Position numbers and translations under genes: made by a program. The notes beneath the pieces were generated by a model. It saw only the letters and a program-made list of their open reading frames with translations. It searched no databases and was not told the origin of the DNA. 64,000 nucleotides of DNA from Thermodesulfovibrionales bacterium (GTDB lineage: Bacteria; Nitrospirota; Thermodesulfovibrionia; Thermodesulfovibrionales; UBA6898), in NCBI GenBank assembly GCA_044450345.1, contig JBIOIY010000004.1:64001-128000 (forward strand), in the 5' to 3' direction. This document shows, one piece after another, positions 1 through 9,118 of this stretch (position 1 is its first letter; every line of letters starts with the position of its first letter).

Positions 1-179
1 AACAGAACCTCTTCTGGGCGTTCGCCTATAACGTGGTCCTCATACCCGTGGCCGCGGGCGCACTCTTCCCTTTTTTCGGAATACTTTTAAATCCGATGCT
101 GGCTGCGGCAGCGATGGGCTTTTCGTCTGTGACGGTCGTTACGAACGCCTTGAGACTCAAAAGATTCAAGGCAGCATAA
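1..179 (+). CDS. copA: C-terminal fragment of a heavy-metal (Cu-type) P1B ATPase, truncated by the window edge
   Basis: Frame from base 3 reads [19 protein letters not shown]...[24 protein letters not shown], with the YN and MxxSS transmembrane motifs of Cu+ ATPases. Confidence 0.85.
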   Translation, partial: QNLFWAFAYNVVLIPVAAGALFPFFGILLNPMLAAAAMGFSSVTVVTNALRLKRFKAA

Positions 180-214
180 ACCTCTTTCGAGGGGCCTCAG
201 CCGCCTGCGTGCAA

Positions 215-1405
215 CTATTTTTTCTTCCTGCTTTCCCTCATCGCCGCCTTTTTTGCTTCGTCGATTACTTGCAATAGCGGGATGCCGCTTTTCTTCGCCA
301 GCGCCTTACAGTCCTCGTACTCCGGCGAACATTTCCAGATATCTCCTAACGAAGAGACTTTTATCCCGACCTTACCGTGTTTTGTCCTCACCTGACGGGA
401 GTATCTCTCCATCGTGACCCTCGACGCCTCGTAATATCTGACGCCGATGCTGGTTGTTTCCCGGAGTATAAGATGGATCAGGTCGTTTCGTACCGCCTCA
501 TTGCATAGCACGCTCAGCTTCACCCCCGGCCTCATTTTCTTCATGACTGTCTGGGTCAAAGATACATCGAGGGCTCCTTTCTCGAAAAGCAGATCAACAA
601 GATGTCCGTATACCTGGGGGTTCATGTCGTCGATATTGGTCTCTATGACCGTCACAGAGTCGTGAGACGCTTCCCCGTTGAAATCACCTATGAATATCCT
701 GAGGACATTAGGTCTGTCTTTAAGGTCTCTGCCGCCGGCGCCTGTCCCTGTCCTCTCGGGCACGAAAAAAGGCATCTCCCCGAAACCCCTGGCTAACGAC
801 CTCAGTATCGCCGCCCCCGTCGGTGTCGTGTACTCAAACGGTCCGCCGGAGGAATAAACAGGAACGCCCTTCAGCATTGAGATGGTTGCAGGCGCAGGCA
901 CAGGCAGCAGGCCGTGGGCCGCAGTCACATGTCCTCCGCCGAGGTTTACAGGTGAAGAGTAAACCGCCCCCACCCCAAAAAAATCGAGACCTATCAATGT
1001 GCCGAAAACATCCACGAGGCAGTCAACCGCCCCCAGCTCGTGGAGATGTACGCCCCTGTATGGTTCGCCATGGACCTTGGCCTCGGCCTTAAAGAGCCTC
1101 TCGAAGATCCCCATACCCTGCTTTTTGATGTTATCGGGGAGAGAAGCTCTCTTAATTGTCCGTTCTATATCTTCCCATTTCTTTTCCCCTGCCTGCGCAT
1201 TGCCTTTGTCCGTCAGCACTACATCAACCTTCGTGCAGGAGAGGGATGCACGTTTCGCTTTTCTTGCAGACAGAGTGTAACCGGTCACAGGCAGCTTCTT
1301 CAGCCCCCGTTCGATTTCTTTTAAAGGCATGCCGGCGTCCACGAGCGCACCCAGACACATATCACCGCTTATACCCGAAAAACAATCAAAATATGCTAAC
1401 TTCAT
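215..1405 (-). CDS. larC: Nickel pincer cofactor nickel insertase LarC family
   Basis: N-terminal YFDCFSGISGDM, HLHELGAVD, PVPAPAT, ETNIDD and MKKMRPG motifs. Confidence 0.92.
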   Translation of the reverse strand: MKLAYFDCFSGISGDMCLGALVDAGMPLKEIERGLKKLPVTGYTLSARKAKRASLSCTKVDVVLTDKGNAQAGEKKWEDIERTIKRASLPDNIKKQGMGIFERLFKAEAKVHGEPYRGVHLHELGAVDCLVDVFGTLIGLDFFGVGAVYSSPVNLGGGHVTAAHGLLPVPAPATISMLKGVPVYSSGGPFEYTTPTGAAILRSLARGFGEMPFFVPERTGTGAGGRDLKDRPNVLRIFIGDFNGEASHDSVTVIETNIDDMNPQVYGHLVDLLFEKGALDVSLTQTVMKKMRPGVKLSVLCNEAVRNDLIHLILRETTSIGVRYYEASRVTMERYSRQVRTKHGKVGIKVSSLGDIWKCSPEYEDCKALAKKSGIPLLQVIDEAKKAAMRESRKKK

Positions 1406-1754
1406 TAATTGCCCCGGCAGTCGCCAATTCGTAGATCATCTCCCATCAAATATATCATACCCCGAATAGTTATTCCTCAAATCGTACAGGGCTTTCTTTA
1501 AAGAGGACCCGGGTCCGCCTTGCACTGGATATCGAATCACAACAGATTGATTCTGTTATAAATTTAAATTGGCATTTCTTTTGTATAATTTTTTGCAGGA
1601 ATATTTAGATGAAATCGATGGTGATGCGACCAGTTCAGAGCTATAATAATTTAGATATTGTAAAAGGCGGGTTTGTATTGCGAAACCGTGGGGCCTGTGG
1701 ATAAGGACCTATAGTTATATTGGATCAAAAACCAAGGATAAAAAGGAGACTACG

Positions 1755-3890
1755 ATGAAGACTTGGAGAACGGTATTTCTGGCTTTGACTTTTTTGTTAT
1801 TGCCTCTATATTCACAGGCGGCAGGTTTAGGGGACATCCGCATAAGTTATATGGAAGGCGATGTCCAGATCAAGACGCCCGACACCGATGACTGGGGTGC
1901 TGCGTCGATAAACGGACCGCTGATGGAAGGTGACCAGGTCTGGGTCCCCGAAGGCGGAAGGGTCGAGCTGCAGCTTAATACCGGGACGTATATAAGGCTC
2001 GACCAGAATTCAGCTCTTCAGATACTTTCGCTGGATAAGGACACTACCCAGTTTAATGTCTCTCAGGGGCATGCATATATTTATTTTAGCGCTCCAAGGG
2101 GGAGGGTCCTCCAGGTCGACACCCCTGACGTGTCGGCCCGCGCCTTCGACAAGGCGGTCTTCAGGGTTGATATGTCCGACCAATACCAGTATACGGATGT
2201 ATCTGTATATAGAGGATATGTCGAAGCTGAAAACGAGGTTGGCAAGACAAGGATTGGTGTTGACCAGATGGTGTCGATAGGGCAGAACACCAATGCAGAG
2301 GGGGCCCCTATTGGCCCGTCGGATGAGTGGGAGCAGTGGAACAAGTCCCGAAACGACCTCATACGCGCAACGAAGGGTACAAGCTCGCGTTACCTTCCTC
2401 CGGAATTGAGCGCTTATTCCAATGAATTCGACACCGGCGGCAGGTGGGTCGATGTCCCGGAATACGGGCATGTCTGGACGCCGACACTATCCGTAAGTGT
2501 GAGTTGGGCCCCTTACAGAGACGGCAGGTGGATATGGAGGGGCGGTGAGTATATATGGGTGTCTTCCGATCCGTGGGGTTGGGCGCCTTATCATTACGGC
2601 AGGTGGGCCTTTGTGGCCGGTGTGGGGTGGTTGTGGGTTCCGCCTGTCAGGGGTGATGTATACTGGGGTCCGGGGTATGTCGGCTGGGTCAACACCGGGG
2701 ATTATGTGGCATGGGTCCCGCTTGCTCCGGGAGAACTCTATTACGGCCGCGGCAATTACGGCCGGCACAGTGTAAATATCACTAACGTAAATATTAACCA
2801 GGTCAACGTCACCAATGTGTATAAGAACGTGAATATCAATAATGGGGTGACGGTGGTAAACCGCAACACTTTCGCCACCGCCTCGCCAAAGATAGTCAAT
2901 GTTAACAAGACCGTCATACAGCAGCAGATTTTCGTAAAGAAAAATATCAGCGTCGGCGCGCCCGCGATAAAACCTACGAAGGAGAGCTATTTCGCGTCGG
3001 CGAAGCATATATCACCTGCCAAGCTTCCGCCCCAGCCCGTCAAAAACATGCAGGTGACGCAACTAAAACAGTCGCGTCCGTTTGTTAAGGATTCCGGGAA
3101 ATCGGTCTTTAACCCGGGTGCTAAACCTAAGTCTCTGCCGCTGAGTAAAGTCACCACACCGAGAACGCCCGGTAAAGTGATACCTCAGGTTAAGACCGTG
3201 CCGGGACTTCAAGGGAAGGCCGGGGTTTCAGGCGGCCTTGCACCGAGGTCGGAAAAAGGCCAGATCAAATCGTTGGAAAAGAAGGTGGTAACGCCCGAGA
3301 GCGGCCCTGCGCCTAAGGGAGAAAAGGGCCAGATTAAGCAGTATGAAAGAAGAGCGATAACGCCTGAGGGCGGCCCTGCACCGAAGGGAGAAAAAGGCCA
3401 GATCAAACCAATGGAGAAGAAAGTGGTGACGCCTGAGGGCAGTCCTGCACCGAAGGGAGAAAAGGGCCAGTTCAACCCTATAGAGAGGAAGGCGGTAACA
3501 CATGCCCCGACCCCTGCGCCTAAGGTGGAGAAGCGTGAGTTCAAACCTGTGGAGAGGAAGGCGGTAACGCCTGAATCGGCCCCTGCGCCTAAGGTGGAGA
3601 AGCGTGAGTTCAAACCTGTAGAGAGGAAGGCGGTAACACCTGCACCGACCCCTGCGCCAAAGGTGGAGAAGCGTGAGTTCAAACCTGTAGAGAGGAAGGC
3701 GGTAACACCTGCACCGACCCCTGCGCCAAAGGTGGAGAAGCGTGAGATCAAACCTGTAGAGAGGAAGGCGGTAACACCGGAAAGTGCCCCCCCACCGAAA
3801 GGCGCTATGCCTAAGGTACAGCCGGCCGAGAAGGTGAAGCCAAAGGTTGAGGAAAAACCTAAGGAAGAGAAGAAACCTGAACAAAAATGA
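1755..3890 (+). CDS. Secreted FecR-like / DUF6600-type protein with Trp-Gly-rich region and Pro/Lys-rich C-terminal repeats
   Basis: Signal peptide, FecR-like beta region, WAPYRDGRW / WGWAPYHYGRW motifs, RBS AGGAG upstream. Confidence 0.75.
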   Translation: MKTWRTVFLALTFLLLPLYSQAAGLGDIRISYMEGDVQIKTPDTDDWGAASINGPLMEGDQVWVPEGGRVELQLNTGTYIRLDQNSALQILSLDKDTTQFNVSQGHAYIYFSAPRGRVLQVDTPDVSARAFDKAVFRVDMSDQYQYTDVSVYRGYVEAENEVGKTRIGVDQMVSIGQNTNAEGAPIGPSDEWEQWNKSRNDLIRATKGTSSRYLPPELSAYSNEFDTGGRWVDVPEYGHVWTPTLSVSVSWAPYRDGRWIWRGGEYIWVSSDPWGWAPYHYGRWAFVAGVGWLWVPPVRGDVYWGPGYVGWVNTGDYVAWVPLAPGELYYGRGNYGRHSVNITNVNINQVNVTNVYKNVNINNGVTVVNRNTFATASPKIVNVNKTVIQQQIFVKKNISVGAPAIKPTKESYFASAKHISPAKLPPQPVKNMQVTQLKQSRPFVKDSGKSVFNPGAKPKSLPLSKVTTPRTPGKVIPQVKTVPGLQGKAGVSGGLAPRSEKGQIKSLEKKVVTPESGPAPKGEKGQIKQYERRAITPEGGPAPKGEKGQIKPMEKKVVTPEGSPAPKGEKGQFNPIERKAVTHAPTPAPKVEKREFKPVERKAVTPESAPAPKVEKREFKPVERKAVTPAPTPAPKVEKREFKPVERKAVTPAPTPAPKVEKREIKPVERKAVTPESAPPPKGAMPKVQPAEKVKPKVEEKPKEEKKPEQK
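3240..3791 (+). repeat. Eight tandem 69-bp (23-aa) coding repeats
   Basis: Unit APK(G/V)EK(GQ/RE)(I/F)KPxERKAVTPxxxP repeats with 69-nt period (e.g. tcaaacctgt at 3541 and 3610). Confidence 0.92.
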
Positions 3891-3988
3891 GGTCCGCTGA
3901 GCAGCAGGAAACAGGACCCGCATGGTGGTGATAATCCGTCGGGGAAGAGAATACATCTCTCCCCCGACGTGCGTGAAAAGGAGCGCCG

Positions 3989-4705
3989 ATGGACATGACG
4001 GCAGAGGCCCTTCGTATCAAATCGCTTGAAGATCTCATAGAAAAAAACAGAGGCAGGACGGTCTTTCTCGAGCATGAAGTCAAAGGTCTTCTGAAAGGCA
4101 TGGGGGTGCCGGTGCCTGAAGGAGTATTCCTGGGCAGAGATGAGATCGCGGCAGGACCTCATGCCGCCCTGTCGTCTCTCAAGACACTGTCATATCCTCT
4201 TTTTGCAAAGGTTTCTTCATCGGAGATAACGTCGAAGACCGATGTCCATGGAGTAAGGGCCGGCATAAATAATGAGTCTGAACTGGCCCGGGCCATACAG
4301 GAACTATCGGGTATTGAACGTGCGGAAGGCGTGCTTGTGGAGGAGATGGCTCCGCAGGGAGTAGAAGTCATTGTCGGAGGGATTATCGACAGACAGTTCG
4401 GCCCGGTGGTGATGTTCGGACTTGGAGGAATATTTGTTGAACTGTTTAAGGACGTTTCGTTCGGTCTTGCCCCCCTCTCGGGGAAGGATGCATTGAGGCT
4501 TATCGGGGAAGTGAAGGGCTACAGGCTCCTGGAGGGCTTTAGGGGAAGACCGCCCGTTGATATTGATGCGTTAGCGGCTGTTATTGTGAAGGCTTCGGAA
4601 TTGACGGCAACCGGCCTGATTGAAGAGATAGACCTCAATCCAGTGGCTGTGTACTCAAAAGGCGCGTTGGTGCTCGATGCCAAGATATCGTTGCGACGAC
4701 AGTGA
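3989..4705 (+). CDS. ADP-forming acyl-CoA synthetase, stand-alone ATP-grasp (beta) subunit
   Basis: KTDVHGV, GVEVIVG..D.QFGPVVMFGLGGIFVE and EIDLNP motifs. Confidence 0.88.
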   Translation: MDMTAEALRIKSLEDLIEKNRGRTVFLEHEVKGLLKGMGVPVPEGVFLGRDEIAAGPHAALSSLKTLSYPLFAKVSSSEITSKTDVHGVRAGINNESELARAIQELSGIERAEGVLVEEMAPQGVEVIVGGIIDRQFGPVVMFGLGGIFVELFKDVSFGLAPLSGKDALRLIGEVKGYRLLEGFRGRPPVDIDALAAVIVKASELTATGLIEEIDLNPVAVYSKGALVLDAKISLRRQ

Positions 4706-4780
4706 AATCGCTTTAGCTGGGGGCGAGAATCTTCCCCCGTCATTGCCCAGCGGGGCTTTGCCCCGGACCCCAGTTAGCTG

Positions 4781-4981
4781 TGGAACCTCCTTCGGAGCTT
4801 CGATACAAGGAATGTTTATCCTTGAATTCGCTCGCCTAAAGCTCGCTATCAATCTCTTAGTGGATAAGAAAGCTAACGTAAAGAAGTCCGCCCCAACGAA
4901 AATGGAACCTCCTGCGGAGCTTCGATGCAAGGAATGTTGACTCTTTACATCTGCTCGCTCTGAACTCGCTATCCATCTCTT
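4781..4981. repeat. Imperfect ~78-bp direct repeat pair (4781-4858 and 4903-4981), MITE-like
   Basis: tggaacctcct.cggagcttcgat.caaggaatgtt...gctcgc...ctcgctatc.atctctt occurs twice. Confidence 0.8.
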
Positions 4982-5075
4982 CACGGTTTCTTCTGTCGGC
5001 CTCGGTAGATTTTAGGAACTCGTCCGCCGTGGCGGACTCAGACAGCCTAAAATCTTTAACCCTCGCCCTCTGTTA

Positions 5076-5176
5076 CAAACCTAAATTTTCGAAGGGGAAT
5101 AAAAGAAGTAAAAAACACGGTGTCATTCCGGCTTGTCCGGAATCCTTCTTCGTCATTCCCGCGCAGGCGGGAATCC
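5076..5176. repeat. Dispersed repeat end plus GTCATTCC-type palindromic REP-like units
   Basis: 27-mer 5076-5102 is the exact reverse complement of 12761-12787; gtcattccggcttgtccggaatcc at 5122 and gtcattcccgcgcaggcgggaatcc at 5152. Confidence 0.75.
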
Positions 5177-5264
5177 AGGTCTTATTCAGTTAGCCGGGCT
5201 TTGCCCCACGCCCCGATTATCCTGCATTGCAGATCAAGTGGAAAAAGTTTATAAATAATGCGGG

Positions 5265-5558
5265 CTAATCCTTCGTCTCTGGCTTTAGTTCTTTATTCCC
5301 GTGATTGTCTCTGCCGCTTCGGTTACCTGTCTCGCCGTGCCGGGGCCGCATAAGGCGTCGGACAAAAAAAACTATGCCGAGAACGGCTGCAATCCAGAAT
5401 ACCGACAGGATTATGGTCATGCCTGTTCCGAGGCCGGGACGTTCGTCAATGACGTGGGCAAAGACATGAGGAGGACCGATAATGGAGACGGCGGCCCCGA
5501 TCAGTGCCACGCCGGCTTTTTCAAGGCGTTTCTTCATTTCACTTACCACCATCTCCAC
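5265..5558 (-). CDS. Small membrane protein, hypothetical
   Basis: Signal-like N-terminus and one TM helix; overlaps the upstream gene end, so likely co-transcribed; true start may be slightly downstream. Confidence 0.55.
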   Translation of the reverse strand: MEMVVSEMKKRLEKAGVALIGAAVSIIGPPHVFAHVIDERPGLGTGMTIILSVFWIAAVLGIVFFVRRLMRPRHGETGNRSGRDNHGNKELKPETKD

Positions 5559-6472
5559 AGTGCGATTACGAAGACGATGAGGAACGTAAAGGCCAGGTTC
5601 ATGTAGGCAAAGAAATAAAAGAGCCTTTCATGAAATGGTCGCGATGCTTTTACCGCGGTAACTGTGAGGGTGCCCGCCACCGGCATAGCAAGCACTTTTT
5701 CTTCTCCATGGGGTGCGGTTTTTAAAAGTTCGGTAAGGTCGTTCCCCGCATTATGTTTTTTTAAATGTGATCCGCCTTTCCAGAGCTTACTGCCCGTAAC
5801 ATCGTACAGGGTGCCGTTGTATGCGACATACGCCGGTCTTCCTTCTCTTCCGTCGAAATGGGACAGCTCCTCTGCCGAGTATTTCCCGTCGGTCTTTCTT
5901 TCGGCGTTCCTCCGCTGCCTCAGGCGCGGGCCGATAAATAGCGTCACGATCACGGCGCTTAATAACATAATCAGGAAGAGCGCTATCTTAACGCTCAGGA
6001 GGATGCCGAATCTCGTTGAATAAAAGGCCCTCCACGAAGGGATCCTTGCAATTGTGAGGAAGACGCCCGTGATCGAAATCAACGCCATAGATATCCAGCC
6101 CAGAAGAAGTTCACCCCTGGGGAGCCCTTTCGACGCGTAGGCCGGTTTGAGGAGTATATGGACGTATAGGATCGTCCCGAACCACATGATCGCGGTCATG
6201 AGGTGCACATATCCTACTATCAGGCGCACTACCTTCTGGACTTCAGTCAGGGGTTTGTAGACGCCTTCGATCTTAAGCTCGTCGCGATACTTCTTCCCTG
6301 CATCGGTCAGAAGGCCTCCTCCGTTCACATCTATATGGCAGTCTCCGCATTGACGTCCTGTTTGACGGGCGTATTCAGTTGTGGCAGAGGAAAACGCAGG
6401 CGAAAGAAGAATGGAGACCGCGAAGATGCCCCGGAGATATCGCTTCATGGACAGACTTTTTAAAAAGGTCAA
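5543..6472 (-). CDS. Membrane protein: CxxCH heme-c motif + CopD-like TM bundle + cytochrome b5-like heme-binding domain
   Basis: Signal peptide, CGDCH, H..TAIMWFG TM segment, C-terminal ELSHFDGREGRPAYVAYNGTLYDVT..W.GG.H...H.AG.DLT..APHG. Confidence 0.8.
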   Translation of the reverse strand: MTFLKSLSMKRYLRGIFAVSILLSPAFSSATTEYARQTGRQCGDCHIDVNGGGLLTDAGKKYRDELKIEGVYKPLTEVQKVVRLIVGYVHLMTAIMWFGTILYVHILLKPAYASKGLPRGELLLGWISMALISITGVFLTIARIPSWRAFYSTRFGILLSVKIALFLIMLLSAVIVTLFIGPRLRQRRNAERKTDGKYSAEELSHFDGREGRPAYVAYNGTLYDVTGSKLWKGGSHLKKHNAGNDLTELLKTAPHGEEKVLAMPVAGTLTVTAVKASRPFHERLFYFFAYMNLAFTFLIVFVIALWRWW

Positions 6473-9087
6473 TTAGCTGCCTCCTTCACGTAACGACTGT
6501 ATACGTGTCTCTTTTCGTCTTCTTCCGTCTTAAGCGACCCCCTCAGTCTTTCGTCGAGAAGGTTCCGCAGTATTATGGAGTAAAGCGGTCCCTGCGTGAT
6601 GCCGAGTTTCTTCAGGTCCCGGCCCTTCAGAAAAGGCTTTGTCTTTCTCAACTCGACAAGGAACTGAGATATCTCCCTCTTCTTTCGCGTATCTTTCGTT
6701 ATTGCCATCGAAAAAAGTATTATCTCGATGTCTTTCGGCGAAAGGAGATGATAGAGACGAACGGGATCGTTCAAGGGGAGCTTCCCGAGTATTTCCGCGG
6801 ATTCGGCGATGCTCTTCCGGATGATCTCCCTCGTCGCCCGGGGCGGGGCCAGCCTCTGGAGGGCTTCTGTCCTTTTCTCATCGTCGAGGTTGGAGAGGAG
6901 GGCGATCAGATAGAGTACCCCTCTGTCGACTTTCTCGTCCAGAAAGAGGAGGGTGTGCCATGCGAGGGTCTCATACATCGAAGAGAGCGTCGCCTCGAGT
7001 TTTTCGTCGAAGGCCAGGTCCTTGTGTATCACCTTCAGGAGCCCGTAGTCGGAAAGCCTCTTAAGCGTCTTTACAGGGTTCGTCTCGCTGAAGGCGATGA
7101 CAAGTTCGTCGAACAGCCTCGATCCCGAGAGCCGCTCGAACAGGTCCATCTGGATTGCGGACTTTATGAGGTTTTCGGTATGCCTGCTGAGTTTAAACCC
7201 GAACCTCTCGGCGAACCGTACCGCACGGAAGGCGCGTGTCGGGTCCTCGACGTAACTGAGGTTGTGAAGGACCCTGATAGTCTTTTCCCTCAGGTCGCGT
7301 TGTCCCCCGAAGAAATCTATCAGCAGGCCGAAGTCCCTGGCGTTCAGTTTTACCGCGAGTGTGTTGATGGTGAAGTCCCTCCGGTAAAGGTCTTTCTTGA
7401 TCGAAGACATCTCCACCTTGGGAAGCGCAGCGGGCGACTCGTAATATTCGGTCCTCGCTGTGGCTATATCCAGCTTGAGGCTGTTAAGTATGATGTTGGC
7501 TGTGCCGAACCGGTGGTGGGACCTCATCTTCGCCTGTAATCTTTCAGCGAGCTCCCTTGCGAAACGGATACCATCTCCCTCTATAACGAGGTCGATGTCC
7601 AGGTTGGCCTGGCCCAGGAGGAGGTCCCTTACCGACCCCCCGACTAGATAGGCGTTCGCCCCCATCTCTTCAGCCACCTTTCCGGCAAGCACGAGGATCC
7701 GGTATACCTCCTCCGGAAAGCGCTCCCTGAGCCAAGTCGAAAGGTTCCTGCCCGTCGTCGGCCTTTCGTGAATGCCTTCCTTGTCGAGGCGCCTTTTTCT
7801 GAGAAAGTCCTCGTAGATCACCCTCAGGAGGTCCGTTCTCGTAATGGCGCCGATGATATTTCCGTCCTCTATCACAGGCATAAACCTCTGGTTCTGCTCG
7901 ATCATGATCGCCTCGATGTCCCTGATCGGGGTCTCTTTTCCGACCGTGAGCGCATCGGCAGTCGAAAACTCTATGCATCTGTTCTTCTTGAAACCGTGGA
8001 ACAGGGCCTTCTCGACGATCTCCCGCGAGATCAGCCCCGCGTATTTTCCGTCTCTGAGAATGGGGAGCACGTTGACGCCGTATCTCGTCATCATATCCGC
8101 CGCCTCCCTGATGGTGCTGTCCCATTTAATAGTTATTACCGGGCTCGTCATGACGTCTAAGGCGACTTTGCCGTGCTTCACGTGGCTGTCGAGCAGCCTC
8201 CGGACCTTGTCCGCGGCCATTTCGAGCGACGCCTCTTTTATTGTGGCCGACGCTGCGGTAGGGTGACCTCCGCCGCCGAAATCCTTCATGAGTTCTGCAA
8301 CGTCCAGTTCCGGGGCCCTTGACCTCGCAACGAGCAGTATCTTGCCCCCCATCTCGAGAAGGATGATCACGGCGTCGATATCTTCCATCTCCATGACCCT
8401 GTGGGCGAGGTGGGCCGCATCGCCGACGTAAGAGTCCCTCGACGCCTTGGCAATAAGGACCCTCAGCCCTCTTAAGACGGTCTCTGTCGACGATGTAACG
8501 AGCTCGTTCAGGAGGTCGAGTTCCTGCCTGTTCAGGCCCATCTTTATGTAGCTTGAGACGATATTCAGGTTTGCGCCCCTTTTTAGAAGATACGCCGCTG
8601 CGAGGATATCCCTTTCAGTCGTCGAAGGGAAAAGGAGGGAGCCCGTCTCCTCATAGATGCCGAGGGCGAGTACCGTCGCCTCTATCGGCGTAGGGTGGAG
8701 CTTTCCGTCCCTGAGAAGTTCAACGAAGATCGTGGCGGTAGCGCCGACCTCTTCGACCATCTCCTGTTCTCCCCTGATGTCGTTTTCCCCGAAAGGGTGG
8801 TGATCGTAGATATGGACCTTGACATCACTGCGTGAGAGCAGAGCAGCCAGTGGGCCGAGCCTGTCGGCGTGTTTTGCATCCACGACGATGAGGTGGGTGA
8901 CCTGCGCAAGGTCTATGTCCCTGAGACGCCGGATGTCCGCAGGGTGAAACACCTCGAGAAAATCCCTTACCTTGCGTTCCTGAGAGCCGGGGAAGACCAT
9001 TGCCGCGTCGGGATATATCTTCTTCGCCGCCATCATGGAGGCAAGGGCATCGAAGTCGGCGTTTATGTGGGAGGTGATAAGTTTCAC
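6469..9087 (-). CDS. DHH/DHHA1-CBS-tRNA nucleotidyltransferase (probably A-adding type)
   Basis: HINADFD, DHH, GGGGH, CBS pair, VGGSVRD..DID, RRDFTIN and EDPTR motifs. Confidence 0.92.
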   Translation of the reverse strand: MKLITSHINADFDALASMMAAKKIYPDAAMVFPGSQERKVRDFLEVFHPADIRRLRDIDLAQVTHLIVVDAKHADRLGPLAALLSRSDVKVHIYDHHPFGENDIRGEQEMVEEVGATATIFVELLRDGKLHPTPIEATVLALGIYEETGSLLFPSTTERDILAAAYLLKRGANLNIVSSYIKMGLNRQELDLLNELVTSSTETVLRGLRVLIAKASRDSYVGDAAHLAHRVMEMEDIDAVIILLEMGGKILLVARSRAPELDVAELMKDFGGGGHPTAASATIKEASLEMAADKVRRLLDSHVKHGKVALDVMTSPVITIKWDSTIREAADMMTRYGVNVLPILRDGKYAGLISREIVEKALFHGFKKNRCIEFSTADALTVGKETPIRDIEAIMIEQNQRFMPVIEDGNIIGAITRTDLLRVIYEDFLRKRRLDKEGIHERPTTGRNLSTWLRERFPEEVYRILVLAGKVAEEMGANAYLVGGSVRDLLLGQANLDIDLVIEGDGIRFARELAERLQAKMRSHHRFGTANIILNSLKLDIATARTEYYESPAALPKVEMSSIKKDLYRRDFTINTLAVKLNARDFGLLIDFFGGQRDLREKTIRVLHNLSYVEDPTRAFRAVRFAERFGFKLSRHTENLIKSAIQMDLFERLSGSRLFDELVIAFSETNPVKTLKRLSDYGLLKVIHKDLAFDEKLEATLSSMYETLAWHTLLFLDEKVDRGVLYLIALLSNLDDEKRTEALQRLAPPRATREIIRKSIAESAEILGKLPLNDPVRLYHLLSPKDIEIILFSMAITKDTRKKREISQFLVELRKTKPFLKGRDLKKLGITQGPLYSIILRNLLDERLRGSLKTEEDEKRHVYSRYVKEAAN

Positions 9088-9118
9088 GGCATCTCCCCGT
9101 ATGTCCCGGACATACAGA

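Noticed and set aside
1569..1586. Sigma54 promoter upstream of the FecR-like gene
   Set aside because: TGGCAT-N5-TTGT has GT instead of the conserved GC at -12 and lies in AT-rich DNA; not well supported
3240..3791. CRISPR-like periodicity
   Set aside because: Contiguous in-frame coding repeats with no unique spacers
3209..4162. Minus-strand repeat-containing ORFs
   Set aside because: Mirror of the 69-bp coding repeats on the plus strand
4781..4981. CRISPR array
   Set aside because: Only two imperfect ~78-bp units; too long and too few, and no cas genes
6379..7539. 386-aa plus-strand ORF
   Set aside because: Antisense shadow of the tRNA nucleotidyltransferase; no motifs
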